From the NCBI GenBank assembly GCA_051294905.1, contig CM119383.1:5456001-5520000 (forward strand): a stretch of DNA of 64,000 nt. Direction: 5' to 3'. The notes beneath the pieces were generated by a model. It did no database searches. It was given only the letters and a program-made list of their open reading frames with translations, and had not been told where the DNA came from. Source of the DNA: Botryllus schlosseri (Eukaryota). The translations under genes and the position numbers were made by a program. Below are positions 1 through 15,600 of this stretch, one piece after another; position 1 is the first letter of the stretch, and every line of letters begins with the position of its first letter.

Positions 1-1390
1 TGACGATGCTTAACATTTCATTCATGTTCCTTCAGGTAATATAGTTACAAAAGCAGTCACAAAAACAACAATTGACATATATTTTTCAAATTCAGTCGAT
101 GATGAGTAGACCTACGCTGCGGTTATCCTTTTCTAATAAGGAATGATGATCATTTTAAAGAGTTCATGACGAAATAGCCTGCCACGCAGTGGTGGACCTG
201 CAATTGGGGGCCCCATGGGTCCTGGGCGAGATTGGAGGGCTTTTATAAGTAGGTATAATCGCAGCTTCTGGGAGGCTCCGCCACCCAGACACCCCTTTCG
301 CATCTATTATTAGTTATTACCAACTTCAGATTAGTGCGCCGTATGAAAACGGAATTACGTAATGTGCAGGGTTTACCAAACACGTCCTCTTTTTTGACTT
401 TTTTGAAAATGTACATGGAAATTGAACCGAGATATAGGAAATCAGCGCTCAAATATAACGGTCCGGCGGGCTTTCCGGGACTTGTCTTATTAGTCAGCCA
501 ACGGAAAATTTCATAGAAAGTCGGTATTTCGGGAGTTGAGCCAGAAAGTAGTCAACCAACCACAAAATCGGGAAAATTTACCATTTTTTCCCGGATTTTT
601 ACTCCAGCATTAGAAGTCTGAAATTTTTCAAAAAGTGTCATCTTTTCAGATTCCCCGACACTATAACTTGGCTTCAAAGGAGGCCAAAATCTTGAATTGC
701 TCCAGCTCCTGATCGTTCTTTTATCATACATTGTCAAATGTAAAAGAGGTGACCCTGTTATCTATATAGCTCATGCCTTCATGTTGAATATGTATGGCAT
801 GTAGCGTGAAATAATAGAATTGCGATACAACTGCTGCAGGCTAATTAGACCACACTAATCCGGAAAGCTATCGACTGACATAAGTAATACGCCGGCACAC
901 CACCTCAAGGTTTGAGCCACGCGCGCTGGATTCGGCCAGATCTAGGGCTGTATTTAAAACAAAAATCAATTAAAAACAACCATGTTTAAAACTAGGCCTT
1001 AATTTAAAACGTGTTTTTTATTTTTATTTTTTCATTATATTTTAAAGCCATGACGTCACAAATATTCAATTGTGACGCCATAATGGTCGGACATTGACAA
1101 TTGAAAATATAGGGTGAATTTGAATATAGCTCCTTTGACTAAATAGCTTATCTACACTATAACTGTTGAACCGACTATTTTGAGGGTTGTAACCATCTCA
1201 TATCGATATACCTCGGCTAAATCGGGTGGTAATTATCCGTAGGCTCATACAACATGTCTTTTGGAAAGTATTTACACAATATAATTGCATAATTTTACAA
1301 CACAATTCGTTTTTTTAAAAAGGCGTTTGTTTAAAACGCTGTTTAGAACATTTTTTGAACGAAGTGTTTTAAAGCACCGTTTGTTTTATA

Positions 1391-2776
1391 CAGAGGTGGT
1401 GAGTAACGAAGTACTTCTACTTTTTTGAAGTACTCCAGTAGTTTTCCTCTACTTCTGGTACTTACTCAAGTAGATCTGATTTTTTTTTACTTCTACTTCG
1501 TAATATTTTGTGATCTACTTACTTACTTTTCGCTATTTTCAGTTTTTCAAGTAGAAGCAGTTCAATCTTCCAATCAGGAATATAGGCTGAGGAATTTCGG
1601 GGCTGTTTTCACGAAGTATCAACATTTAATTTTCATAAAAGTTGAGTAAAGCCCAGAATTTTCGTCGCGCTTCGCGCGCAGTGCGTTGGGAGTGACCAGC
1701 AGTATGATTTCACGAAAGCATCGATGAATATAATTTAGATAGCGGGTTGGCGTGGTTCCCTTCACACCACATTGTCGCCCATCACCCATATGAAATAATT
1801 CATCACAGTATGGCTCAACATAACGTTCGAAACTGATGTTTCGCAATCTGTATTTACTTGTCATCTCGTAATCTATAGCATGACCATGCCGCGTCCTAAC
1901 CTGGAAAAGTTGACTCTGACTTTTTTTGTTAGTTTTAGAGATGTTTTAGCATATCACCCTTGAAAATTTCTGGACTAAAGGCATGAAATACATTTTCCGC
2001 TTTTAGAATTTGTATTTATTTTTCACTTTCAATTTCGAGTATCATATACTTTGAGTTATAATTAATATCAGTTCTTTTGTCTGAATAACAAATGCATTTT
2101 AATTACGGAAATAAAGCTGCACAATATGGCATTTTTACGGTTCACCATATTTTTCATTAACGTTTACTAATCGCGCAAAGTGTTATAATTAATATCAGTT
2201 CTTTTGTTTGAATAACAAATGCATTTTAATTACGGAAATAAAGCTGCACAATATGGCATTTTTACGGTTCACCATATTTTTCATTAACGTTTACTAATCG
2301 CGCAAAGTGTTTACACCATATCCTATACAACTTTTCCGTATTGCTCTTCGACTAAACTGCTGGCCTTATAATATGGTGGATGGCGCCATACCATGCTATT
2401 TTCTAGAACGTGCTTTTCCAGAAAACAGAGGATTAGTATCGCATTTCAATATCAAACTATCATTTTCATCCCATGATGTGGACGAATGCTTATGCTATCG
2501 AAAATTGGTTACCTGCTGGTATGCATCAATATGAATCAAGCTCGTCACCTTTCGCATAGCTCAATTCGCACATTTTTACAATCCATGTGAACGAATTATG
2601 ATCGTTTTCACTACTTACTTACTTGAGTACTTTTAAAGTCAGTCAATTCTACTTCCACTTCAAGTAGTTTTAGGTTGCTTATGAAAGAAGTGCTTCTACT
2701 CGTACTTGAGTAGATTGTTTCGTCGCTACTTCTACTTCTACTGGAGTAGCTTTCTTGACTACTTTGACCACCTCTG
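1391..2776. mobile_element. Non-autonomous hAT-like element (CAGAGGTGGT termini)
   Basis: TIR CAGAGGTGGTGA / TTGACCACCTCTG, 8-bp TSD GTTTTATA, subterminal AGTAGAAGTA repeats. Related fragments lie near 16826, 18550, 27890-28112 and 61286. Confidence 0.8.
2055..2310 (+). repeat. Tandem duplication, 2 x ~127 bp
   Basis: TTATAATTAATATCAGTTCTTTTGT...CTAATCGCGCAAAGTG repeated almost exactly. Confidence 0.9.
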
Positions 2777-3504
2777 GTTTTATATGCAACCCTAGCCATA
2801 TCTATAATTGCATGGTTGCAAGGATAGACTACATCAACACTAAGTAACCTAGCTCTACCGCATGCAGACACTTGATGATTATCGGGATATGGGGCTTTTC
2901 TAACAAATGCAGAGATTTGATCATTGACCAATCTGTACGGAATCATCTTCTTGATTGGTACATGGATTTCCATTTACGCCAGATTCTTGTATGTAAAAAT
3001 GCCGCGTCGGAGGTTATTCGGAGGTCGCTGTTATTGCGGCGACAAAAAAGCACAGAAAAAGGCCCGATGAAAGAGCGCACTCGCAAGGAATCGAAAGAGC
3101 CGAGGTATAGAGACTGAAAAAGAAACTGTGAAATCGGGCACTAAACGAGGTGGATGCCGCAACTGGTCGTTCGGCATTCTCCAACAGCTGTTGAGCGCCA
3201 TCTAGTGTTCGCAAAGTTGTTTATTTGTGATATCTGCAAAGTGTGAAGCAAAATCACTCAAGCATACAGCTACAAAATACAAGCAGGACTTGCACTCATG
3301 TAGCACTGACTTAACCAATGTAAATACTGTAGTTAGTCATATCTCATATGGTTGATGGTTCATCAATCACGACAGATATATAATACCATATGTTTCAATT
3401 TTGTTTCATTCGTTCCGGAGCTGTTTAGATGTTGGCGTAGTCTACCTGTACCGTGGGAATATAGATATCTTGATAGAAGAAGATCTTGATATTTCACACC
3501 GAAA

Positions 3505-3600
3505 ATGGGAAAGACAGGGACAGAGAAGGAGCATTTAGTCGTTCCGGATGTAAAAAGTGTGGAAGACGCGCCTAGTTCCGTCGCCACGGGGCGAAATGGG
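3505..3600 (+). CDS. SLC12A9: SLC12A9-like putative first coding exon
   Basis: ATG opens [32 protein letters not shown], then phase-0 donor GTAATA matching the phase of exon 2; no strong homology anchor. Confidence 0.55.
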
Positions 3601-6600
3601 GTAATAATCACAACTTAATAGGATAAACGAAGTTTATTTCATTTTTTTTTATTGATTGTTCAAAGCCAGACTGGAATCAGTGGTTGTTTTCGTCAATAAG
3701 TTACGCGTGACAGAAGGGTTTCTTCCATAGAATAAATAAGGAATATAAATATAAAGTTGCGCGTGACGTTTGCCACCAATTCCCCTCTGGCTCCAAAGTC
3801 AAAAAATATTTGAACACACCAACATAGCAAAAAGACATTGCATTTGACCATATTCGGTGAATGATAAATTAATGACAAAACTTGTATCCAGGTTATACTT
3901 AGAAAAACGGAACAGTCCTCATTCAGATATATCTTCAGCACTGATGATTGATTATTTTCGCTATACAGACCTTCATTCTGACTGATCCCTGTAAACATCA
4001 GATCCATCATTCTTATTGCTTTGAAATGTGTTTCCCTGCACTTAAATTAGTGATGGGATCAAATTCCGGTCAGTTCTGTAATTAGTGTACACTGCAGGGC
4101 ACGGTGCATATGAAATGACTCTGGCCGTGAGGATAACACTTATACCTTTAGAGTCTTCATGGCTTCCGACTAGTTAGAAAATTAATATCTGGGATAGCTG
4201 ACAATAACCGGGATTGTTATATTTGTGCATTATTTCACTTGCTGCACCATCACATCCCATAATAATGGCATTTTTGTAAAATTTTGCAATGAATAGACCG
4301 ATAAGTTGGAACAGGCAGTTATGTCAAGGATGGAACTCGCTCTTCACATGCATTTAATGGCGTCAAATTTGCTGAGATTTCATCATCATTTTCAGGACTT
4401 GGTGCTATTTAGGAATGTGGTCCACGTATCTTAATTCAGTTGGTAATTGATATACTTAATCATACGTCACTCAGAGAGTTAATATTGTATTAAATTGAAA
4501 TAGTTCATCGTTAAATTTGCAAAGTGTATTTAATTGAAAGGCTTGGATTGTAGAACTCTTCCACTCGATGTAATTTCCGCTGAATGAAAACCAACAAATT
4601 CTAAGTTATTGTAATGGTATTGTATCAAAAATTGACCTTGTGTAGCTAACATCAGAGGATGTAGGCCTATTTCACGAAGATATAAATTAGGCCTACAGGT
4701 GGCGTCACAAATTACAGCCAACCTATAGGCATTGCAACAGTCGCTATATTACTGTTGATGACAATGTAATTTAAACCTTATGTTTAGACGGACTGGAACT
4801 CGGAGCAAATGAATAACAACGAGCAGGATGCCCGGAAATTGTCTACTTTCTTTGGAGTTGTAGTGCCCTGTGTCCTGTCTATGTTCAGCGTGATTCTTTT
4901 CCTTCGTATGGGCTTCATTGTTGGTCAAGCGGGTCTTACACAGTCCATTATTATACTGTTCCTGTCTTACGTTATCATTGCACTGACGGTGTTATCAGTG
5001 TGTGCCATCTCTACGAATGGAGCGGTTGAAGGTGGTGGAGCATATTGTATCCTTTCAAAGTGATATTCATTGCATCATTGAGATTACTGAATATTTTTCT
5101 ATATTTCAATCTGACATCGCTGTTTTTAGCACTGTAAATCACCCAGCTTCAATGACTGTGTTGTGAGGTGTCATGGAATTTTGAGTCTTTTGGCTTGGCA
5201 GCAGTTTATCCAAACTTTGAAAGCTCAACTTGGGTCACATGACTATTATCATTATTATGTCCATTGTGAGACAGTGTCATCTTATCAACATTGTTAATTG
5301 ACGATTTTTCATCTAGATTTGATATCTAGCATACCAATTAATGGATTTATTATGGTTCAACGCATGGCACGTGTACTGTGATTGACATACTTGTTGTGAA
5401 TGTTCTTGTCTGAAAATATATCAGTCTATGAAGTGGAGTTACACCTACTCCTTTGCTCCTAGTGATTCAGGATAATGTTAGTGATACTATTCACTGTTTT
5501 ATGGCAGCATGCTTGAATCATCGAGATACTAGCCATAGCTACAGAACTTTGTAGATCAATTCACATGAAATGAAAATATTATGCAATCTTATCTGGATTT
5601 ATGTGAGCCCTGTTAGTAAAGGAGTGATTCAATGTTATGTTGATGTGACTCCTATTGCAGAGTCATGCACTGTTAGCTTATTTGTGCATAGTGTATCTCA
5701 GGGCATTTTTACACGATTGAAGTCCTCCCCTCTATCATAAATGATCCAAACCACAAGGTGTCCGATCAAGATATGTTTTACGGGTAATTTTTGTCTTTAA
5801 TTTTATATTTTTACCGATAATATTTCTAACATTACGTCTTGTGGATTCCTTGACACCAAAAATTTGCAGTTATGATAAGCAGAGCTTTGGGTCCTGAATT
5901 CGGCGGGGCTATCGGTCTCATGTTTTTCTTGGCCAACGTTGCATCTGCGGCTTTGTACGTGTTCGGTATTGTCGAAGCGATGCTCGCCTACTTTGGACCT
6001 TCCGGAGAATTAGTCGAGTAAGGTCACGAAAGTGGGGTAATAGCTGGGAATGATTATGGCAAAAATTTGTTGTATTCTCATTGCAATATCGTAAGGATGT
6101 TATGGTGATAAACATTAAATAATAATGATATATTCGAGTATGAACGTGAGCCCACTAGCTGGCTGTGCTCCCTACTGACTGATCATGAAATTTTTCACAT
6201 TTTAGGGGTATTTTTCCAGATGGGAAATGGTACCAATTTGGATATGGATCGGCCGTGCTTTTTCTTTGTTTTTTGGTGTGCCTTGTCGGTGCAAACATCT
6301 ACGCCAAGGCCACTTTTTTCATTTTTTTAATTGTCATCACGTCGGTGGTATCGGTGATCGTAAGGTAAGATCTAAGATGGGTTTTATGACTTCACTTATC
6401 TTATCGGTATTTGCAGATAGTTTTAAATTCTTAAATTTATGAAATTCATGCTGGGCTTCCCATATGCTGATGATAGTTTAATCTCATTTCCACCACCGGC
6501 AGTGCTTTCTGCAACTCGTGATATCGTGAGACAAGTGTTTGGAATGTTGCCAATTTGGCTATCAATATGAATCACAGTTGTTTGGCTGAAGTGATGTAAA

Positions 6601-9600
6601 GATATGGAAGCTGCTATCTGTATGCTTTTGTTTCAGCTTCTTTGTGAAAAAGCCATTTCAGTTTGAATTCGATAGTGATTCACCACTGTCTACTTGCAAC
6701 CATACCAATGTGACATATACTGGACTCAATGACACGACTCTCAAAGATAGTGTGGGAGGTATTACGAAATCTGCTGTTTCATTTTTATTTGCCATTAAAA
6801 TTATGTTGCACAGTTGCATATTGATCTGTGCCTGCCTACGTCCGTATTATTACGTAATAGTATAGTGTCACATGAGTTACAGTGAATACAGGCAAGCTGC
6901 ATTTCTAGTGCCGTGCCTCTAAATATCATCACAGTGCTTCACTAGCCAATAATGATGCACGGTACTTCTACTCAAATATTATACTATATAGTCGATCTCT
7001 CTACTTGTACAAATGATTTTGACAAATTTTTTAGTAGAATTGTTTATTCACTAGATTTTAAAATACTTGTGCTTAAAAAATTAATAACGTATCTTCTGAT
7101 TCACTGGCACAGCAAATATTTTTTATTTGCTTCTTTGTGAGGCATCGCTAGTCATTTTGTGTCTTACACTGACACATTTTACAATAGTAAATGTTGTCTT
7201 GATATATTTTCGCAAATTCAATCGATCTATCTTACCTTTGATCCCTTATGATCCCACTCCTGTCCGACACACAATATTATATGCTAATTGCCCTCTGATT
7301 TCCTGAATGTCATTGGTGACTGGTCCTGGTTTCAGCTATTTATTTTTCATACAGCCAACTATACCATCGATTACACAAATCTTAAAAGTCAGGATTTTGT
7401 TTCTGTGTTTGCTGTATTCTTCAATGGATGCATCGGGATCAACGCCGGCGCAAATATGTCAGGTGCGATGATTTTTTATGTAGTAAATTTAAGCCGTTGC
7501 TATGATCTCGGACATCCGGCTGTCGAGTTCAAATGTTCTGTTATTTTAAATCATAGATTTAGTGCAGAATATTCGATCGAGTATCATATTCGTTGCATTC
7601 CAATCGACTGATTATATTTTGTAAATTCCACCTGCAAAATATTGCTGTTGTTAAGACGACACATGCTAGTAGATTAAACACTTCAAAATTTCTCCAATCG
7701 GAGATTACTAAAACCAGCTTATTTATGAGTTTGATGATGTACTTGGATGACAGCCAGTCTAAATATTTGATTTTGGAAATATCCAATTACTATTATTACT
7801 CCGGGTAAATGTACAAATGATATTGTTTACTAATGCGTATATCATTTCCCTATGAAGCATAATCAGCGTATTTTTGGCTACACATACATAGCAAATTTAA
7901 CCAAATCTCTACTTAACAGAAAATGATGTATGATAAAACTTGAACTTGGAACTTAAGCTTGCTAATGAAAAGTTGAAAATTGGAAGTCTTCTTGATGTAA
8001 GATTGTGTAAAATGATTGTCATTTTTCAAGAGATGAAGCTAGTTTCCTATATTTACTTACACCTTTCTATGAAATCTGATTATGGAAATCAACGGGCTTG
8101 CGCCCATATTAAATAGGCTATTTCCTGTTATCACAGACGTATTTGCGCAGGTTGTGAGTTTGCTGGCCAGTAATATTGCAAAGTCATATCCTCTCATGCA
8201 GTCTGTTATTATTATTCAATGCGAAAAAGGAATCGAGTTCCATTATGTATTTGATATCGGCTTCAAGCACTTGTTGTTTATGGAGTTATTTTATTCTCTC
8301 CGCATCAATGCATCACACTCGATCATATTTCGCTTAAATTAGTTCTATTTCCTGATATTTTATGCAAATGCTACAGCCAAGCAGGTGGTTATCTGTTGAT
8401 ATGTTGCATGTGATCCATTGAACGTGTCAACACGCCCTGATTGTCTGATCCTTTTGAAGGAGAATTAAAGAATCCAAGCAAAGCCATTCCGCTAGGAACA
8501 ATCCTGGCCTGCCTCATCACGTGCTTCATATATTTTATTCTGATGATCATGATTGCCGCTTCTACACCAAGGTAAGTTAAATTTTGTACCTGCTTTGTGA
8601 AAACATAGCTTCATTAGATACAAAATCACTACCAAGCTATTTTGAAGCATATTTTTAACTTGCATTAAATTACATCTTCTATGTGTCTATTCACGTTAAC
8701 AAATTTACAATATTTACAGAGTTATCGACAATGCCACATTTTGTATTTAATTGTATAGCATTTATGAAGCCATCATCGTCATTTGTGGATTCTTCAATTC
8801 ACAGATTGCGTTTGCAACTTGCACTGCTACCCAATTGAAAATAAATGTTCAAACTTTAGTGAATGCAAACAGAATGTAGCAATTACTGTTATCTAATTAA
8901 TTGTTTTTTTTAGAGTTTGAATGGCGAAAATTCATCTTCTACTCACTACCGGAAGAAAATAGTCTACATAATAAAATAATTTTATATAATGTAAAATGAT
9001 CCCGATCCTTGCAATTTTGGGTATAATATGCTATAGGCCTATGATTTTAATGGAAATTAGGAATTTTGTGGAAATCTTTTTGAATTTGATTAGTCTTTTT
9101 TTTTCATCTGTGTTATGTATTCAGGGACATCCTGCAGTGCAGCTACACTTTTCTGGTCAGCATAAACGCTTGGTCGCCTTTCGTTGTGATCGGAATTTTC
9201 GCCTCCACAACGTCAGCAATTTTAAGTCAAATTATCGGGGCGTCTAGAATATTGCTGGCTCTAGCCCGGGACGAACTTTTCGGTAAGAATAAGTAATTTC
9301 AAGTCTTGCTGCGATCGTGATTCTTAACGCGACATTTCCACTTTGAAGGGATCCTTTTGCGACCTGTCACAAAAACGACAAGAACGGGAAATCCGTACGT
9401 CTCGGTCACAGTCACGTGGTTGCTGATACAAATTTTGCTGCTAATGCAAAAAGTCAGCACGATCGCCCCGATTGTCACTGTATTCTTTCTATTCGCGTAT
9501 GCCGCCGTCGATTTGGCGTGCCTCGCGTTGGAGTGGGCGTCCGCGCCAAACTTTCGGTGAGTCTCGCTCCATAAATGTTTTATTATTCATGCCGCATGAA

Positions 9601-12600
9601 GTCACGTTATTCACTGTGATGTGAATGTTGAATGCGTAGCGGTATGCTTCTTCATATTTCCTTCCTACGCATTCAAAATGCTTTCATAGCTAGGCGTGAT
9701 ATCCTGTTGACGTAATGTATTGGCCGATCTGTATCGGTAGTGAGTTCAACGCTCTGCATACACTGGCCTGCGATGTATTCTATTTTTTAAGATCATTTCG
9801 TCGCTCTTAAAACCTGTAATTGTCACGTGCTAAAATGCTTACGAGGCACTTAGTGCTACCTTGCAAAATGCAATCGGGAAGTCGTTGAAGGCGGCGCGGA
9901 ATGTTAATATCGGTTCACATCTTTTGGCGATTGCTGAGCTGATATATCGCCTGCCTGTCACTTCGAAAATGATAGCAATTCATATCATGCTATCAACTGA
10001 TTTGACTGGATCACTACATCTAGTTGAATACTATTTTACTCAAGTGTACACGCCAATTATCAGGGGCTGCCAATGTAAAACAATAGCTCGCAACCTATTT
10101 GGCAAGTGACCCAGATATAAATGTGGCGCGCATAGGCTATCTGTCTAAGAAGCGAGACCTACCATCTCATTAGGAGTTGGTAACGGTGATGGCGAGATTA
10201 ATCAATGAAATTCAGTATAATGGTGAATACTTGTTGGCAAATTGCGCTTTTCAATTTATCTAACAAATTTTATACCAGTAATCCAGTATGTATTTAAAAT
10301 CCACATGCAAAGTCTGTATTTGCATATATATATCATTATTTCTGTCCATTTGGACTTAGATCAGATGTAGGCCTACTAGTCGGGACTAATGAAGAAACTA
10401 ATTTCGATTGCTGCACAGACATTCCGAAACCCGCATGTTGTACATCCCTGATGTAGAAGCCTTAAAATTTCACTCCTTTCTGCAATTTATTTGTATTTTT
10501 TATATTGAAACCTGAATTCTCAGTAGCCTACTTCCATAAATGAACGAAATAAAATCACTGACATCCTTTGGGAAGAGGTAGTAATGATGATGAAAAGTCG
10601 AGCCCAAGTACAGATTCAAATAGAACTCTATCAAAACCACTTGACATAACTTGTAGTCTAATTGAGCCTGCTTGAGTTAAATTTGATGCATTGTTCAAAC
10701 ATAGGCATCTCACATCGTAATTTGTTCATTCGCTTGTACATATTTTCATAATACTACTATTTTTAATATCACAATGTGCTGTGATGCTGCACCAACCTTT
10801 CGCCAACGATGCAGTTAATTGGTACTCTCTAATCGTAATTGGCACACTCTGATCATAAATCCTCCAATTAGAATGCGCAGTAAGATAACCTGTACTATTC
10901 CTGTTGCAGGCCTACGTTCAAGTACTTTTCCTGGCACACGTGTTTGCTGGGTATGCTTGCCTGCGTTGTTATGATGTTCCTTATCGCGCCGATATACACC
11001 TCGATCAGTATTGTGGTTCTTGTGATTCTCGTGATCGTTATCCATTACCGGGTGCCTACTTCTTCGTGGGGATACATTAGCCAAGCTCTGATTTTCCACC
11101 AGGTTGGTAAGATTTTGGATTTGCACTACTGACGGACAACATAGCGTAATGGTGAAGCGTCCGGCTTCTTGATCGGTAGGTCGTGGGTTCAAACCGAGGC
11201 CAGGTCAGACCAGAAAGACCTGATTAGTAACACTGGTATCCGTGACTTCACTGCTCTGCATTACCAGGATTGCATGGAGGAGTACTGCAAGACTTGAAAA
11301 GCCTTACAAGGCTATGTCTGCATCTTCCTTGTCCAGCGCCATATGCACATCATGCACTCATGGTATGCACAGATCGTGTGTATGTATATCATGAGTCGGT
11401 GTATATGCCACAAAAACATCAAGGACAAAAATAAATAACGTCATTTCCTAATAAGAAGTTAAAAAAAGTTCTAGCAGTAAATTATAAGGAGATACTCTGA
11501 AATTACCCCGGGCTGCATCGTCTCAACTAGCTCAAAATGACTTGACACTATAAATGACCGTGATTTAAAAAAAAATTATTCCTTTACTGTGATGTGGGGG
11601 TTATTTTGCCCATTTGGTATGATAATCAAACACAAAACTACTGTGTACTTCACAAAATTCAAAGTGTAAAAGTAATTAGGTTTGCCTAACTACTGCTGAG
11701 TAGAAGTTGAAGACATGTACAAACATAACCACTTTCATATGCAGTACCAATAGGCGAGATCTACTTTAGTACTCCAAAAAGTAGAAGCACTTTGTTAGTA
11801 TTTTTTCAACACTAGAGAAGTGTCCCGATCAGTGGCGTAGACAGGGGGGGGGGTAATCGGTGTCCGATACCCCCCGTTTCCAAGCTCGAAATACCCCCCG
11901 TCTTACATATATTTCCATTGATCTAATATTTCTTGTTCTAATTCGATAATCCCCTAATTGCCGCGCGGCATCATCACGCCATCGATCAATCAGACAATGC
12001 AGTGCGGTGATGCCTTTTTCTCATATTGTTCTATCGTCCACGGATGCCCGAAAAACGCATCTCACATGGCTCTCCCGTCTCGTCTGAACGATATTATCCA
12101 GTTACAGAACCAGAAGTCATAGTAACAATAACACTCGCATTAAAATTCGATGCCGGGCGAGTTGGTTTTCGTGTTTGACAGTGTATTGTCAACAAACGTT
12201 TAGAACATGCGCGCTAGGCTTGTATCATTAGAGATAGCAGATCCCTACAGTACCAAAACAGATCGTACTAATCAAATGTTCTGTATGGAATCTATTATGT
12301 ATTGATCCAATTTGCGATCATTTAGTTCGGTTGCTGTGTGTGCGTTTCCAGATCACCAGCCGTTTCGTGTCTCAGGCCTCTGGCGCATCCGTTGACTGTC
12401 CTGTTATAACGCGCTTGGCCATAGTAAAACATTGGAGGCTAGGAAAAATTAGGCCGCTCTGTGACTCGCGGCGCGTGATAGTGCTACTCGATGTGCTATT
12501 GTAATGACCAGACGTTATAGTCTTGGCCTCGACAATTCGCGATTGTCACTTCTACACCGCAAACGCGTTTAGGAATGCATTTTGATTGCGAGCCTAAGCC

Positions 12601-15600
12601 TGCGCCAGGCCACTGTTATTCACAATGCAATCGCACAAGCTCGACCGGTAATTAGTCTTTACCATCTCCACACACCAAAAATACTATACCATCTTGGCAG
12701 ACAGTAAAAATCATATTGATTTAAAACACAATTAATCCAGATTGTTTGTATCAAACGGCAACAGACTATAATTCATTTGCGTGTCTTCACTGTTCGAGTG
12801 TTCGTCTTTGAGCGCAAAATGGAGAGATCTTCCACTGTGCTGTAATATGATCTGCGCGCACTTTCGTGATTACATCCTCGCTTTGGTAATTAAGGTCAAG
12901 ATACCTCGCTGTCATCGAAATTTGTTTGCTACTTCCATCTGATTGTGATTTGCGAGGTGGTCATCGATCACCTGCTGCGTTGAGTCATGATTCGAGCGCG
13001 CTTTGTATCAAGATCCGCGCGCATGAAACTCGCTGTCGGCAAATAGTGGCGCGCAAGGCAAAAGCGCCTTCCGTTTGTTACTGTAGCATGCGACTGCGCA
13101 TAATAGAGCTATATTTCAAGATAACTGGCAAATGTTCATGTGTATAAAGACGTAAACACAAACGAGATTATCTTACCCTTGTGGTATCGGCATTTGTGTG
13201 TATTAAACCGCAATAAAGTGGTTAGCATAACGAATATCATCTTTTCAAAAAATATCCCCCGTTTTAATAAATATCCCCCGTTTTTTTTCGGCTGGCTACG
13301 CCCCTGGTCCCGATCATGGGTCATGACTTTACTCAATTAAGGTCATACCGAGGAGACATTTTTCAGAGACACACATAGCAATAATGTGATGAAGCCATTG
13401 TAAGCGAGCGGCTGTTGTAGGATAATGCTACTGTGGAACATATGACATTGGTTGCATTCAATATTGTTGTATTGTCTTCCGTTTCACCTGGTTTGTTTAC
13501 CAGGTCACTCCATTGTTACAAAGTTAGTGTAACATAGAAGGAAATGGTTGCTGTTAGCTTTGTAACGTTGAACATTTCACATGAGGTACGACTACGCGTC
13601 GATTTTGGTATTTGCAAAGTTGCCTCAAAGCATATATATCTTGCCTGTTTGGCAAACAATGATTCTATTTTTACAAATTTCAAATGTGAGATGTTGCAAT
13701 CACATAAATTCACTAGGATGAAATAATTCCGAAATTAAACGTCTCGTCTTTAAGACTCCAAGGTTGCAAATCAAAATGCTTTACGATAGTGTCGTAAATG
13801 TTGTGCAATTTCCTTTTCGTTTATGGCTCAGTGTCATTTAGGTTCGCAAGTATCTTCTGATGCTGGACGTACGGAAGGAGCACGTGAAATTTTGGAGGCC
13901 TCAAATCTTGCTGATGGTTAAAAACCCACGTACTTGCTGCGAAATGATCGACTTTATCAATTCCATCAAAAAATCAGGTACTCCCTCTCTGCATCTCCGG
14001 AGAAATTTACCTGGTATTTGTCACTAAATATTTGCAAATTCTGATTTGTAAACGTTCAAATGGTCAGTTTTACAATCCCGCTCCCAACCCTATCTGCACC
14101 ATTATGTTCTGATTCCAGATAGCTGAAGGGGGTCACAAGAATATTTCAAAATTTATGCTCATCATAAATCCAATATGACACTCCTTTTCTGATTTTATAC
14201 AATAGTTGAATTGTAAAATATCATCCTTTTCCCACCGTGATCTGATATCTACATAATCGGTGACAACGTGTCTGCAACACAACTTAATAAGCAACATATT
14301 ATGATGTCGCGAGAAATTAAAAGCAATTGTCGGTGTCCGATCTGGTAACGTGACGGGTTTTTTCAATATTTTATGACTTTACGAGGTAATAGTTGCATGA
14401 TTAACTTTCAATCAAAATATTTTACGTTCAAACTCGACTCAAATCATGGAATAATTATCCCTTATGTTTAGTATTAAATGTAATTATGATCTTAATTCAC
14501 TGATTTCATCATACAAAAGAAATTTTAAATTAACAAGCTTGTTACCGCGTTACTGTCAGAGTGTCCATTCCAGGGTTGTAATGACTCGAGTCATGAGTTC
14601 CTTAATAGTAAAAATGACTGGACCAATTCATATGACGCGAGACTCGGGACGGCCGAGACAGTCATTGTAACTTCTAGGAATAGTAAAGTCACCAAATTAT
14701 TGGCATTTCCGCGATCATTACCCATCCTCGGACATGATTAGGGCCAGAAACTGTTAAGAATGAGGAAAGTAGCAGAGTTGTAAAAAGCGGGTTCAACACG
14801 ACTTGAACTTGAAACTAAACAGTGATACTAAACTCGGTGATGTATTGAAAATGACTAGATTTGACTCGAGTCAAAACTATGAAAGTAAGACTGACTTGTG
14901 ACTTGGTTACAACCCTGGTCCATTCGCAAAAGAGTGTGAGCGGTCATGCACATTGTTGTCCCTGTCCCATCCTTGAAAATCGTAATCCACGTTCGGCCCA
15001 TTTTATCCCGACGGGCGATGATCATCGAGGTGCAAATCATCCTTGTAGTCACCGTAAATGTTATTATCGGCAAGTGATATTATTTCGAAAAGTAGCCGTA
15101 TCTACGTTAACAACGCAATTACATATGATGATACCGGAAGTGCCGTCTGTATTACAATTGATCTCATCAATCGATTGTTCCATATGATGCCAACCCCAGC
15201 TCTCTGATAATGTAATTGTTGTTGTCTTTGTCTACATAATGTGAAACTGTGATAGTAATGGCGCTTGCTTTACCGTTCACTTGCACAGTGTGCTGCTTTC
15301 GCAGGAAAATGGCTATTTTTCTGAATTGCATAGTAACAAATGTGTCAGGGGATGAACAGAAATTACATTGATTTCAGTACTTCATACAGCAACAATATTT
15401 TCAGGTCTATACGTACTCGGTCACGTAAGCCCGGGCCGCTTGTCAGACATGCCGAGGGACATCCTCCAAGCTCAATACCTGCATTGGACCAACCTGGTGT
15501 CGGAATTGGGGGTGAAAGCGTTTGTGGAGCTCACGCTTTGTCCGTCGGTGAGGGAGGGGACGGAACATCTCCTAAGGTTGTCGGGGCTGGGCGGAATGAA

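Noticed and set aside
243-3214. Short ORFs from the six-frame track upstream of the gene, and similar ones in introns or antisense to Polinton/Gypsy genes
   Set aside because: They lie in MITEs, in low-complexity DNA or opposite real genes, with no motifs or splice support.
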